In this document: piece after piece, positions 52,099-60,963 of the stretch | Numbering within the stretch: position 1 is the first letter of the stretch | Layout of the letters: each line of letters opens with the position of its first letter | Position numbers and translations under genes: made by a program | Notes under the pieces: generated by a model | Database searches by the model: none | What the model saw: only the letters and a program-made list of their open reading frames with translations | Told to the model about the DNA's origin: nothing | NCBI GenBank assembly: GCA_041659285.1 | Contig: JBAZYO010000018.1 | Span: 14,181-78,180, forward strand | From: Vicinamibacterales bacterium | Lineage (GTDB): Bacteria; Acidobacteriota; Vicinamibacteria; Vicinamibacterales; UBA2999 | Reading direction: 5' to 3' | DNA length: 64,000 nt

Positions 52099-53268
52099 GT
52101 GAAGAAGTTGCGCGTGGGTGTCATTTATGGCGGCCGTTCCGGCGAGCACGAAGTGTCGGTGACCTCGGCGGCCTCAATTTTCAAGTCGATCGATCGCGCG
52201 CGCTACGAGCCCGTCCCGATCCGGATCGAAAAAGACGGACGGTGGACGCTCGCGGATCGGCCGCCGACGGCGCTGTCGGCGGCGGAAGTGATCCATCAGG
52301 CCCGCGCGTCGCAGGCGCGGCCGGCGCGAGCGGGCCGCGATTCGTTGTTTGCGCCGTACCCGTCGGCCGACACGCTGATCACCGTGGAGCGCCGCACCAC
52401 GTCTGACGGCAGCACGCCGGCCGACGTCGAGCGCGCCGTGGTGACGGGCCTGGGCCTCGACGTGGTCTTCCCGGTGCTCCACGGCCCGTACGGGGAAGAC
52501 GGCACGGTGCAAGGGCTGCTCGAGCTGGCCAACGTGCCCTACGTGGGTCCGGGCGTGCTCGCCTCGGCGGCCGGCATGGACAAGGCGGTCATGAAGGTGT
52601 TGTTCGCCGCGGCCGGGTTGCCCGTCGTGGCCTCGCGCGCCTTTGTGCGCGCCGACTGGACGCGCAACCGCGAAGGCGTGCTGGCCGGCATTGCCGCGCT
52701 GGGCTTCCCGCTGTTCGTGAAGCCGGCCAACCTCGGCTCGAGCGTTGGCATCTCCAAGGTGAAGACGCCGGCCGAACTGATTCCGGCCATCGAGGCGGCG
52801 CTCGAGTTCGATCGCAAGGTGATTGTCGAAGCCGGCGTCGTCAACGCGCGCGAGATCGAATGCGCGGTGCTCGGCAACGACGACCCGGAGACGTCGGTGC
52901 CTGGCGAGATTATCCCATCGCGCGAGTTCTACGACTACGAGGCGAAGTACCTGGACGAAGGCTCGAAGAGCCTGATTCCGGCGGACCTGCCGGCCGCGGT
53001 GGCCGCCGAGGTGCGGCGCCTGACGGTGGCGGCGTTCAAGGCGATTGACGCGGCGGGGCTGGCGCGCGTGGACTTCCTGCTATCGCGCGACAGCGGCGCC
53101 ATCTTCGTCAACGAGATCAACACCATGCCGGGCTTCACCAACATCAGCATGTATTCCAAGATGTGGGAGGCCAGCGGCGTCGGTTATGCGGCGCTGGTCG
53201 ATCGGCTGATCCAGCTGGCGCTGGCGCGCCACGCTGAAAAGCAACAGCTCCGCACGAGCGCGCTATGA
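52099..53268 (+). CDS. ddl: D-alanine--D-alanine ligase
   Basis: Has VIYGGRSGEHEVS, an ATP-grasp domain and EINTMPGFT. Confidence 0.94.
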   Translation: MKKLRVGVIYGGRSGEHEVSVTSAASIFKSIDRARYEPVPIRIEKDGRWTLADRPPTALSAAEVIHQARASQARPARAGRDSLFAPYPSADTLITVERRTTSDGSTPADVERAVVTGLGLDVVFPVLHGPYGEDGTVQGLLELANVPYVGPGVLASAAGMDKAVMKVLFAAAGLPVVASRAFVRADWTRNREGVLAGIAALGFPLFVKPANLGSSVGISKVKTPAELIPAIEAALEFDRKVIVEAGVVNAREIECAVLGNDDPETSVPGEIIPSREFYDYEAKYLDEGSKSLIPADLPAAVAAEVRRLTVAAFKAIDAAGLARVDFLLSRDSGAIFVNEINTMPGFTNISMYSKMWEASGVGYAALVDRLIQLALARHAEKQQLRTSAL

Positions 53269-54338
53269 GACTAAGGTGCCTGGGGTGCCTCGCGTGCCTG
53301 GGGTGCCTATGGGTTGGTGCCCTGTGCCAGGTGCTTGAGGCGGCCGAGCCGCAGCAGGGCATCACCGCCGCGCCCCTCGTCGCCAAGGCCTATGACGCCA
53401 TTCTCGACGCCGACTTCGATCGGGTGCGGGCGGACCTGCCGGCGACGTGCGGTCCGCCTTCGCCGAAGGGCTTCGGCGGGACAAGCCCGGCGCCGCGGGT
53501 CGCCTGCCTCGGCCTCGAGGCCCTGAGCCTGTGGTGGCAGATTCAACTGGATCCCGAGAGCCTCGCGCTCGATCCGGCGTTCAAGGCCAAGGTCGAGGAG
53601 GCGATCGCCGATGCCGAGCGGATGACCGAGGCCGAACCCAATCGCGCCGAGGGCTGGTTCTACCTCGGGGCCGCCTACGGCGCGCGGGCGCAGTGGCGCG
53701 TGCACCGGGTCGAGCGGCTGGCGGCGGCGCGAGACGGCAAGCGGATCAAGGCGGCGCTCGAGCGGGCGCTGGCGCTGGACCCGGCCATGCACGACGCGGA
53801 ATTCGGCATCGGCATGTACCGCTACTACGCCGACGTGGCGCCGGCTGTGCTGAAGTTCCTGCGCTGGTTGCTGCAGCTCCCGGGCGGCAACCGGGTCGAG
53901 GGGCTGCAGCAGCTCGAGCGCGCCGCCACCCAGGGCCAGCTGGTTCGCGGCGAGGCGCAGTTCCAGATCCACGTCATCTACCTCTGGTACGAAAACAAGT
54001 GGCGCGAGGCCATCGGCCTGGTCCGCTCGCTGCAGGAGCGCTACCCGCACAATCCGCTCTTCTACAGAATCGAGGCCGAGATCCTGGACGTGTACTTTCA
54101 CGACCCAGAGGCGAGCCTTCGCGCCTCGGAGCGGCTGCTCGCGCTGGCCCGCGCCGAATCGGTGAACCGGCCGGGGCTGGCGGAGACGGTGGCGCGCCTG
54201 AACATGGCGCGGCAACTGCGCGCGCTCAAGCGGACCAGCGCCGCCATCGATCAACTCGACGCGATCATCGCCGCCGCGCCCAGCGCGCCCGCCGGCGCGC
54301 TGGCCCGCGCGCAGCGCATGCGACGCGAGATCCGATAG
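53265..54338 (+). CDS. TPR-like helical protein of unknown function with Cys/Leu-repeat N-terminus
   Basis: 357-aa ORF with an ATGA overlap with the ddl stop and good coding bias. The N-terminus MRLRCLGCLACLGCLWVGALC is encoded by 9-bp tandem repeats. Confidence 0.65.
   Translation: MRLRCLGCLACLGCLWVGALCQVLEAAEPQQGITAAPLVAKAYDAILDADFDRVRADLPATCGPPSPKGFGGTSPAPRVACLGLEALSLWWQIQLDPESLALDPAFKAKVEEAIADAERMTEAEPNRAEGWFYLGAAYGARAQWRVHRVERLAAARDGKRIKAALERALALDPAMHDAEFGIGMYRYYADVAPAVLKFLRWLLQLPGGNRVEGLQQLERAATQGQLVRGEAQFQIHVIYLWYENKWREAIGLVRSLQERYPHNPLFYRIEAEILDVYFHDPEASLRASERLLALARAESVNRPGLAETVARLNMARQLRALKRTSAAIDQLDAIIAAAPSAPAGALARAQRMRREIR
53276..53311 (+). repeat. In-frame 9-bp tandem repeat x4 (GTGCCTNNN)
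   Basis: The units are gtgcctggg, gtgcctcgc, gtgcctggg and gtgcctatg. They encode CLG-CLA-CLG-CLW. Confidence 0.85.
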
Positions 54339-54415
54339 CGAGCCTACAGATCCGTAGGCGACGATCCGACACGTCCTCTTGAGGGCGCGATCGGCCAGAG
54401 CGATCGGCCCGTTTG

Positions 54416-54467
54416 TTGACAATCACAAACGCTTTGTGCTTGACAAGATGAATTTCTCATCCATAAT
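54416..54467 (+). promoter_or_regulatory. Promoter TTGACA-N16-CATAAT with duplicated -35 box and embedded palindrome CACAAA-CGC-TTTGTG
   Basis: TTGACA occurs at 54416-21 and 54440-45. The inverted repeat is at 54424-38. CATAAT is at 54462-67. Confidence 0.6.
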
Positions 54468-54572
54468 CTACATCTGGTATGAGGGAGCAAGGCTCAGGCC
54501 ACTGATTGTGAACACGTAAAAACAATCAGCGGTCGCCATCAGGCAAGAGTCACCCCCCATCAGGAGAGAACA

Positions 54573-54623
54573 ATGGCGAAGAAGGCAAAGAAGGCGGCGA
54601 AGAAGAAGGCCAAGAAGCGCTAG
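54573..54623 (+). CDS. Micro-ORF, 16 aa: MAKKAKKAAKKKAKKR
   Basis: The ATG is preceded by AGGAG with a 6-nt spacer. A hairpin plus T-tract follows the stop. A paralogue lies 190 nt downstream. Below the ORF-track length cutoff. Confidence 0.4.
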   Translation: MAKKAKKAAKKKAKKR

Positions 54624-54633
54624 GCCGCTTACA

Positions 54634-54666
54634 GGGGCGGTTCTCACAAGACTGCCCCACCCTTTT
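54634..54666 (+). terminator. Weak terminator-like hairpin
   Basis: 8-bp stem ggggcggt / actgcccc (one G-U) with a 9-nt loop, followed by ACCCTTTT. Confidence 0.35.
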
Positions 54667-54811
54667 CACCAAGACCGCGCGCGTGAATCATCACGTCGCG
54701 TAACGAGGCGCGAGAACGCCGGCATGGATGAGCCGAGTGCCAGGCGGCAGAGGCAAGTCGTGCAGCGGCTAGGTTCTTACGCATAACCCAACCTGAAGGG
54801 GGGGATTACAA

Positions 54812-54865
54812 ATGGCAAAGAAAGCAGCTAAGAAGAAGGCAGCGAAGAAGGCGAAGAAGCGCTAG
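54812..54865 (+). CDS. Micro-ORF, 17 aa: MAKKAAKKKAAKKAKKR
   Basis: The ATG is preceded by GAAGGGGGGGA with a 7-nt spacer. A strong terminator follows. The peptide is nearly identical to the upstream micro-ORF, while several codons differ synonymously. Confidence 0.4.
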   Translation: MAKKAAKKKAAKKAKKR

Positions 54866-54891
54866 TCGCTTCGTCAGCCAGAAGATCGGAA

Positions 54892-54917
54892 GGGAGGCGC
54901 AGTCGCCTCCCTTTTTT
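54892..54917 (+). terminator. Rho-independent terminator (overlaps the stop of the convergent gene)
   Basis: 8-bp stem gggaggcg / cgcctccc with loop cagt, followed by TTTTTT. Confidence 0.8.
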
Positions 54918-57000
54918 ATTGGCCGATCCAGTTCACCCCGTCCCAGATTCGAATCCGCTCGATCGTGTCCCACTGCTGCAGGCGATCGACCACATCCATT
55001 CCCGATATCACCTGTCCGAACACCGTGTAGCGACCGTCGAGGTGTGGCTGCGGTGAGTGCGTGATGAAGAACTGGCTCCCGCCGGTGTCGGCCCAGTCGA
55101 GCGCCATGCCCACGGTCCCCCGCAGGTACGGCCGCTGGTTGATCTCGTCGCGAATCGTGTAGCCGGGGCCGCCCTCGCCGTCGCCGCGCGGGTCGCCGTC
55201 CTGGACCACGAAGTCGGGCACGACGCGGTGGAGCTGCACGCCGCGGAAGTAGTTCTTGCGCGCGAGGGCGATGAAGTTGGCCACCGTGCGGGGCGCATCG
55301 AGCACGGCCAGCTCGACCTGAATGGTGCCCCTGGAGGTGTCGATGTACGCCGACGGCGAGTACTGGGGAGACACGAACGTGTCCACGGCCGCCAGCTCGG
55401 GCACCGTGGGCGGCGGCGCCGGACGCATCGCCGACAGGTCGGCGCCGGCGTCAATCTTCCGCAGGTCTTCCGCCGCCCGCAGCCGCACGGCCCAATCCTT
55501 GTCGCCGAGCGCCGCGGTCAGCAGCGGCCGTGCGGCCGCCGGATCGACGGCAGTCAGGGCATCAAGCGCGGCGGTCCTCGCCACATACAGCCCGTCACGC
55601 TGCGACAGCGCGAGCGCCTCGGTCAGCGCGGTGGCGGCACCGGGAGCCTTGAGCGTGGCGAGCCCGCGCGCCGCGGCGGCCCGGACCACCGGGTCATCGG
55701 CCTTGAGACGGGCGACCATCTCCGCGGCGGCGCCCGCCGACCCGACCTTGGCCAGCGCATCGATCACCGAGGGAAGCACGCGCTGATCGGCGTCTCGCAT
55801 CATGTTGCTCAACGCCGCCTCGGCGCGTTCCTTCGGCAGCTCCCCGAGCGCCGACGCCATGGCCGCGCGCACCGACCAGTGGACATCGGGGTCGAGCCCC
55901 GAAATCGCGGAGATGAAGGTGTCGACGTCGGTGCGGGCCAGGGCGAGCAGGGCGGCCGCGCGCACGGACGGCCACTCCGCCGAGACCAGGTCCACCAACA
56001 GGTCCACGGCGTTGGCCTGGCGCAACTGGCCCAGGGCCACGATGGCCTCGAGCTGCAGGTTGTGATCGACCTGGGGCGACGAGATTAGCCGCATCAGGAC
56101 CGCGGCGCCGCGCGAGTCGCCGAGCAGCGCCAGGCCGCGCACCGCCTGGGTCCGCACCGCCAGCGGCTCGCCGACGTTGCCGGCAATCGCCAGCAGCGGC
56201 GCGGCAGCGCGCTGGTCCTTCAACACACTGAGTCCCCGGGCCGCGAAGGCGCGGGTGAGCTGCCCATCGCCCGTGAGCAGCGCCAGCAACGCCGGGGCCG
56301 CGCGGGCGTCGTTGATCCGCTGCAGGGCAAACGCGACCGGCCACCAGCGGCTCCGGGGCTGCCCGTCGCGGTCGAGCACGCCGGCGGCCAGCGCGTCGTA
56401 GGAACCGAGGCGCACCAGCGCATACACGCCGAGCCGCACGGCCTCGACCGGCGGCGGCTTGGGCGTGCCCATGTCATCCGCGTTCAGCCCATTCAGCACG
56501 CCGGCCGTGACCTGCGCCGCGACCATGGCGCCAATCGCCGCCGCCGCCGGCTTGTGCGCGATCAGGCCCAGTGCTTCCGCGGCGCGGCCCTGGATCAGCG
56601 GATCCGCATCGGCCAGCGCGGCGGTCAGCGCCGGGGCGGCCGAGGCGTCACCGATCAGCCCCATCGCAAACGCGGCCATCTGCCGGACTTCGGGATCGCT
56701 GTCGCCCTGCACCAGCGTGGTCAGGCCGGGCACCGCATCGGCGAGGCGCACGCGGCCGGTGGCCAGCGCCGCGCGCCGGCGCACGCGGGCTTCGGAATCC
56801 TGCAGCAGTGCCAGCAGGTCGCCGCCGCCGCCCTTGAGCTGCCGCTCGTCCTCGAGCTGGAGAATCCAGCGCATCTTCTGATCGAACGCCGTGATCGGGG
56901 GCGTGGCGCTGACCTGCGGCGCCACCTTTGGAGCGCACCCGCTGGCAACGAGCAACGCGACAAGCGCGACGAGCGCGCGTGATGACGGCGTTCGGGTCAT
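54916..57000 (-). CDS. Lipoprotein fusing HEAT/PBS-lyase-like repeats to a C-terminal cyclophilin-type peptidyl-prolyl isomerase
   Basis: Start at MTRTPSSRALVALVALLVASGC (lipobox), forming an ATGA overlap with the upstream stop. Has many Ala/Leu HEAT-like repeats. The C-terminus carries FHRVVPDFVVQDGDP...GGSQFFIT cyclophilin motifs. Confidence 0.85.
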   Translation of the reverse strand: MTRTPSSRALVALVALLVASGCAPKVAPQVSATPPITAFDQKMRWILQLEDERQLKGGGGDLLALLQDSEARVRRRAALATGRVRLADAVPGLTTLVQGDSDPEVRQMAAFAMGLIGDASAAPALTAALADADPLIQGRAAEALGLIAHKPAAAAIGAMVAAQVTAGVLNGLNADDMGTPKPPPVEAVRLGVYALVRLGSYDALAAGVLDRDGQPRSRWWPVAFALQRINDARAAPALLALLTGDGQLTRAFAARGLSVLKDQRAAAPLLAIAGNVGEPLAVRTQAVRGLALLGDSRGAAVLMRLISSPQVDHNLQLEAIVALGQLRQANAVDLLVDLVSAEWPSVRAAALLALARTDVDTFISAISGLDPDVHWSVRAAMASALGELPKERAEAALSNMMRDADQRVLPSVIDALAKVGSAGAAAEMVARLKADDPVVRAAAARGLATLKAPGAATALTEALALSQRDGLYVARTAALDALTAVDPAAARPLLTAALGDKDWAVRLRAAEDLRKIDAGADLSAMRPAPPPTVPELAAVDTFVSPQYSPSAYIDTSRGTIQVELAVLDAPRTVANFIALARKNYFRGVQLHRVVPDFVVQDGDPRGDGEGGPGYTIRDEINQRPYLRGTVGMALDWADTGGSQFFITHSPQPHLDGRYTVFGQVISGMDVVDRLQQWDTIERIRIWDGVNWIGQ

Positions 57001-58100
57001 AAGGAAATGTGTCGCAACGTGGCCTGGTCGATCCGCTCGCGGACGATGTTGACGCCAATGCCCGGGCCGGTCGGGACCGCGATGGTGCCGTCGGCGCTGA
57101 CCTCGATGGCCGGCTCGATCAGGTCCGGCTGGTAGTAGCGCTTGCTCGCGGCGATGTCGCCCGGCAGGCGGAAGTTCGGCAGGCTGGCCAGGTGGATGTT
57201 GTGGGCGCGGCCGATGCCGCTTTCCAGCATGCCGCCGTGCCACACCGGAATGTCGTGGGCGGCGCACAAGTCGTGCAGCTCGATCGAGGCGCGATGGCCG
57301 CCGACGCGGCCCGGCTTGATGTTGATGATGCGGCAGGCCTTGGCGTCGATGGCGTCGCGGGCAATGCGCACGGTGTGGATCGATTCGTCGAGGCAGACGG
57401 GCGTCTTGATCCGCCGCTGCAGCACCGCATGGTCCATCACGTCGTCGTAGTCCAGCGGCTGCTCAATGAGCAGCAGGCCGAACGGATCCAGCCGGGCCAG
57501 CAAGTCGGCGTCGTCCAGCGTGTAGGCGGCGTTGGCGTCCACCTGGAGCGGGATGTTGCCGAACCTGGCGCGGACGCGCTCGACCGCCTCGATGTCCCAG
57601 CCGGGCTTGATCTTGATCTTGATGCGCTGGTAGCCGGCGGCCAGCTCACGCTCGATCTTTTCGAGCAGCTGCTCGAACGAGTCCTGGATGCCGATGGAGA
57701 CGCCGGAGGCGATGCGGTCGCGGGTGCCGCCCAGCGCCTTGGCCAGCGGCTGCCCGGCCAGCCGGGCATGGAGATCCCAGGCCGCCATCTCGACCCCGGC
57801 CTTGGCCATGTTGTGGCCGCGGATGCGGCGCAGCGCCGGGAAGACGTCACGGGGATGCTCGAAGGTCTGCCCGACCACCAGCGGCGCGATGAACCCCTGG
57901 ATGATGTGCCACACCGTCTCGGTGGTCTCGCTGCTGTAGTAGGGGTTGGCCTCGGCGACCGACTCGCCCCAGCCCTCCTGACCGTCCCCTTCCACCCGGA
58001 TGAGCACGAAGGTGCGATCGTAGGACCGGCCGAAGCTCGTTTCGAAGAAATGGACGAGCGGCAGGCGGCACAGGAACAACTCAATCTTTTCGATCTTCAC
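56997..58100 (-). CDS. Enolase-superfamily enzyme, o-succinylbenzoate synthase / N-acylamino-acid racemase subgroup
   Basis: Has the KxK motif (IKIKIKPG), metal ligands in QVDAN, IEQP and CLDES, and a second Lys in INIKPGR. Confidence 0.85.
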   Translation of the reverse strand: MKIEKIELFLCRLPLVHFFETSFGRSYDRTFVLIRVEGDGQEGWGESVAEANPYYSSETTETVWHIIQGFIAPLVVGQTFEHPRDVFPALRRIRGHNMAKAGVEMAAWDLHARLAGQPLAKALGGTRDRIASGVSIGIQDSFEQLLEKIERELAAGYQRIKIKIKPGWDIEAVERVRARFGNIPLQVDANAAYTLDDADLLARLDPFGLLLIEQPLDYDDVMDHAVLQRRIKTPVCLDESIHTVRIARDAIDAKACRIINIKPGRVGGHRASIELHDLCAAHDIPVWHGGMLESGIGRAHNIHLASLPNFRLPGDIAASKRYYQPDLIEPAIEVSADGTIAVPTGPGIGVNIVRERIDQATLRHISL

Positions 58101-58126
58101 GCCTACAAACTATACTCGCCAGCGGA

Positions 58127-58765
58127 GTGGCCTTTCACTATCTCGCCATCGAAGGCCCCATCGGGGTTGGCAAGACGCGGTTGGCCGAACGGTTGGCGGC
58201 GCGGCTCGACGCAACGACGATTCTCGAAGACACCGAAAACCCGTTCCTGGCGGACTTCTACGCCGACCGGCCGGGCGCCGCGCTCCAGGCGCAGCTCTTC
58301 TATTTACTCAACCGCCATCGCCAGCTCACCAGCAAGCGGCAGGCCGACCTGTTCCTGCAGAACACCGTCTGCGACTACGTTTTCGACAAAGACAAGATTT
58401 TCGCGTATTTGAACCTGGACGATAACGAGCTGTTCATCTACCAGCGCCTGTTCGACCTGCTTGCCAAGGACGTCCCACCGCCGGACCTTGTCGTCTACCT
58501 CCAGGCGCCGACCGAACTGCTGATGAAGCGGCTGAAGCACCGGGAGAAGGATCCGGAGCGCGAGGAGCCGACGCCCGACGAGGACTACCTGCGGGAACTG
58601 AACGAGGCCTACCAGCACTTCTTCTTCCATTACTCGGCAACGCCGCTCCTCGTGGTGGAGACCTCGGAATTCGACCCCGAATCCGATGACGCGGCGCTCG
58701 ACGAGCTGGTTCGCCAGATCAAGGGCATGGGCAAGGGCACGCGTTACTACGTCGCCCGCAAGTAG
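58127..58765 (+). CDS. Deoxynucleoside kinase
   Basis: GTG start. P-loop IEGPIGVGKT, and dNK-family ERS/DRY-like regions. Confidence 0.85.
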   Translation: MAFHYLAIEGPIGVGKTRLAERLAARLDATTILEDTENPFLADFYADRPGAALQAQLFYLLNRHRQLTSKRQADLFLQNTVCDYVFDKDKIFAYLNLDDNELFIYQRLFDLLAKDVPPPDLVVYLQAPTELLMKRLKHREKDPEREEPTPDEDYLRELNEAYQHFFFHYSATPLLVVETSEFDPESDDAALDELVRQIKGMGKGTRYYVARK

Positions 58766-58795
58766 CGACAAACCGTCCGGGTTGTCGGCTTTTTG
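58765..58795 (+). terminator. Rho-independent terminator
   Basis: Stem agcgacaa / ttgtcggct with one bulge, followed by TTTTT. Confidence 0.55.
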
Positions 58796-58810
58796 GTAAG
58801 CTGATCCGAT

Positions 58811-59692
58811 ATGGCATGGTTCAAGAAGGCCCGCAAACCCATTGCGACGCCCGAGAAGACCAGCCGCGTTCCCGAAGGCCTGTGGGTGAAGTGTCCGGAA
58901 TGCGACACCATCATCTACACCAAGGATCTCGTCAAGAACCTCCACGTGTGCGGCAAGTGCGCGCACCATTTCCGGCTGTCGGCCACCGAACGCCTCAAGT
59001 CGCTGTTTGACGACGCGCGGTGGGAGGAGCTGGCCCCGGACCTGACCTCGAACGACCCGCTCAAGTTCACCGACACCAAGCCGTACAAGTCGCGCCTGGC
59101 GAACACCCAGAAATCCACCGGGCAGAAGGACGCCGTCATCGTCGGTGTCGGCCGCATCAACGGCCTCGAGACGGTGGTCGCGTCGATGGAGTACAGCTTC
59201 ATCGGCGGCTCGATGGGCGTGGTGGTCGGCGAGAAGATCGTGCGCGGCATCGAGATGGCGCTCGAACGCAAGGCGCCGATGATCATCGTGTCGTGCTCCG
59301 GCGGCGCCCGCATGATGGAAGGGGCGCTGTCGCTCATGCAGATGGCCAAGATCTCGGCGGCGCTGGCGCGCCTCGATCGCGCCAGGCTCCCTTACATCTC
59401 GCTGCTGACCGACCCCACCACCGGCGGCGTCACCGCCAGCTTCGCCATGCTGGGCGACCTGAACATCGCCGAGCCCAAGGCGCTGATCGGCTTCGCCGGG
59501 CCGCGCGTGATCGAACAGACCATCCGGCAGAAGCTGCCCGACGGCTTCCAGCGCAGCGAGTTCCTGCTCGAACGCGGCATGCTGGACCTGGTGGTCGATC
59601 GGCGCGAGCTGAAGGCGACCCTGGAAAAGACGCTGCGGTTCATGAGCGCAACCCAGGCCTCAAGCCCCAAGCCCCAAGCCTCAAGCAATTGA
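58811..59692 (+). CDS. accD: Acetyl-CoA carboxylase carboxyltransferase beta subunit
   Basis: N-terminal Zn finger CPECDTIIY...CGKCAHH and a GGARMQEG-like motif (GGARMMEG). Confidence 0.94.
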   Translation: MAWFKKARKPIATPEKTSRVPEGLWVKCPECDTIIYTKDLVKNLHVCGKCAHHFRLSATERLKSLFDDARWEELAPDLTSNDPLKFTDTKPYKSRLANTQKSTGQKDAVIVGVGRINGLETVVASMEYSFIGGSMGVVVGEKIVRGIEMALERKAPMIIVSCSGGARMMEGALSLMQMAKISAALARLDRARLPYISLLTDPTTGGVTASFAMLGDLNIAEPKALIGFAGPRVIEQTIRQKLPDGFQRSEFLLERGMLDLVVDRRELKATLEKTLRFMSATQASSPKPQASSN

Positions 59693-60951
59693 CCCCCCTC
59701 GAACGGCTGTTCGCCCTCGAGCAGTTCGGCATCAAGCTCGGGCTCGACAACATCCGCGCCATCCTGGCCGCGCTCGACCATCCCGAACGGGCGTGGCGGT
59801 CGATTCACATTGCCGGCACCAACGGCAAGGGGTCGGTGGCCGCCATGGTGGAGCGGGCGCTGCGGGCCTCGGGACTCAAGACCGGGCGCTACACCTCGCC
59901 CCACCTGGACACGATCGAAGAGCGCGTGGCGATCAACGGCGTGGCGGTCGATCGCGCGGCGTTCACCGCCGCCACCGAAACGGTGTTCGCGGTGATTGAC
60001 GCGGCCACCCGAACCGGAGCCTTGACGGTCGTGCCGACCTTCTTCGAGGTGTCCACGGCGGTGGCGTTCGAGATCTTCCGCCGCGAGAAGGTGGAGGTCG
60101 CGGTGGTTGAAGTCGGGCTGGGCGGGCGCTACGACGCCACCAACGTGCTGGCGCCGGAGGTCACGGCCATCACCTCGATTGCCTTCGACCACGAACGCCA
60201 CCTGGGCCAGACGCTGTCGGAGATTGCGTTCGAGAAGGCCGGCATCGCCAAGCCCGGCACGCCCCTGGTGATCGGGCGGCTGCCCGCCGAAGCGGCGCGG
60301 CGAATCGCCGCGGTGGCCGCCGCCGTGAACGCTCCGCTCATCGACGCGCACGCCACCACCACCGATCGCAGCTACCCGCCGCTCAAGCTCGCCCTGCCGG
60401 GGCGGCACCAGCTGGAGAACGCCGCCGTGGCCGTGGCGATTCTCGAAACGTGGTCGGCGCGGGTCTCGCTTGTCCCCACCGAGGCAATTGTGACCGGCCT
60501 GGCCGACTGCGACTGGCCGGCGCGGCTCGAGTGGCTGCGGTTGCCCGAGGGAGGCGAGCTGCTGATCGACGCGGCCCACAACCCCGCCGGCGCCGCGGCG
60601 CTGGCCACCTACCTGCAGGACACCAACCGGGCGCCACTGCCCATCGTGCTGGCGGTGATGGCCGACAAGAACCTCGCCGGCATGGTGGCGGCCCTGCTGC
60701 CGGTGGCGTCGGCGTTCGTGGCGACGACCGTGCCGTATGCGCGGGCGCGAACCGCGGAGGGGCTGGCGGCGGCGCTTCGCGACCTCGCGCCCAAGCTCCC
60801 GGTCGACGTGGAAGAGGTGCCCGAGGCGGCCGTGAACCGCGCCCTGGCGCGGGCGAACCGCGTCGTCGCGGCGGGATCGATCTACCTGATCGGCCCGCTG
60901 CGCGCGCGTCTGCTGGCCAACGGGGCCGCGCGCATGGGTGTGCGCGCCTGA
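59689..60951 (+). CDS. folC: Folylpolyglutamate synthase / dihydrofolate synthase
   Basis: P-loop AGTNGKGS and Mur-ligase domains. The proposed TTG start overlaps the accD stop. The 223 upstream in-frame codons of the track ORF overlap accD out of frame and were discarded. Confidence 0.85.
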   Translation: MTPLERLFALEQFGIKLGLDNIRAILAALDHPERAWRSIHIAGTNGKGSVAAMVERALRASGLKTGRYTSPHLDTIEERVAINGVAVDRAAFTAATETVFAVIDAATRTGALTVVPTFFEVSTAVAFEIFRREKVEVAVVEVGLGGRYDATNVLAPEVTAITSIAFDHERHLGQTLSEIAFEKAGIAKPGTPLVIGRLPAEAARRIAAVAAAVNAPLIDAHATTTDRSYPPLKLALPGRHQLENAAVAVAILETWSARVSLVPTEAIVTGLADCDWPARLEWLRLPEGGELLIDAAHNPAGAAALATYLQDTNRAPLPIVLAVMADKNLAGMVAALLPVASAFVATTVPYARARTAEGLAAALRDLAPKLPVDVEEVPEAAVNRALARANRVVAAGSIYLIGPLRARLLANGAARMGVRA

Positions 60952-60963
60952 ACCTCTGAACCC

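Noticed and set aside
59020-59688. First 223 codons of the 643-aa ORF that ends as folC.
   Set aside because: This part lies entirely inside accD in another frame and translates to R/G/H-rich nonsense. The FolC homology begins near the accD stop.
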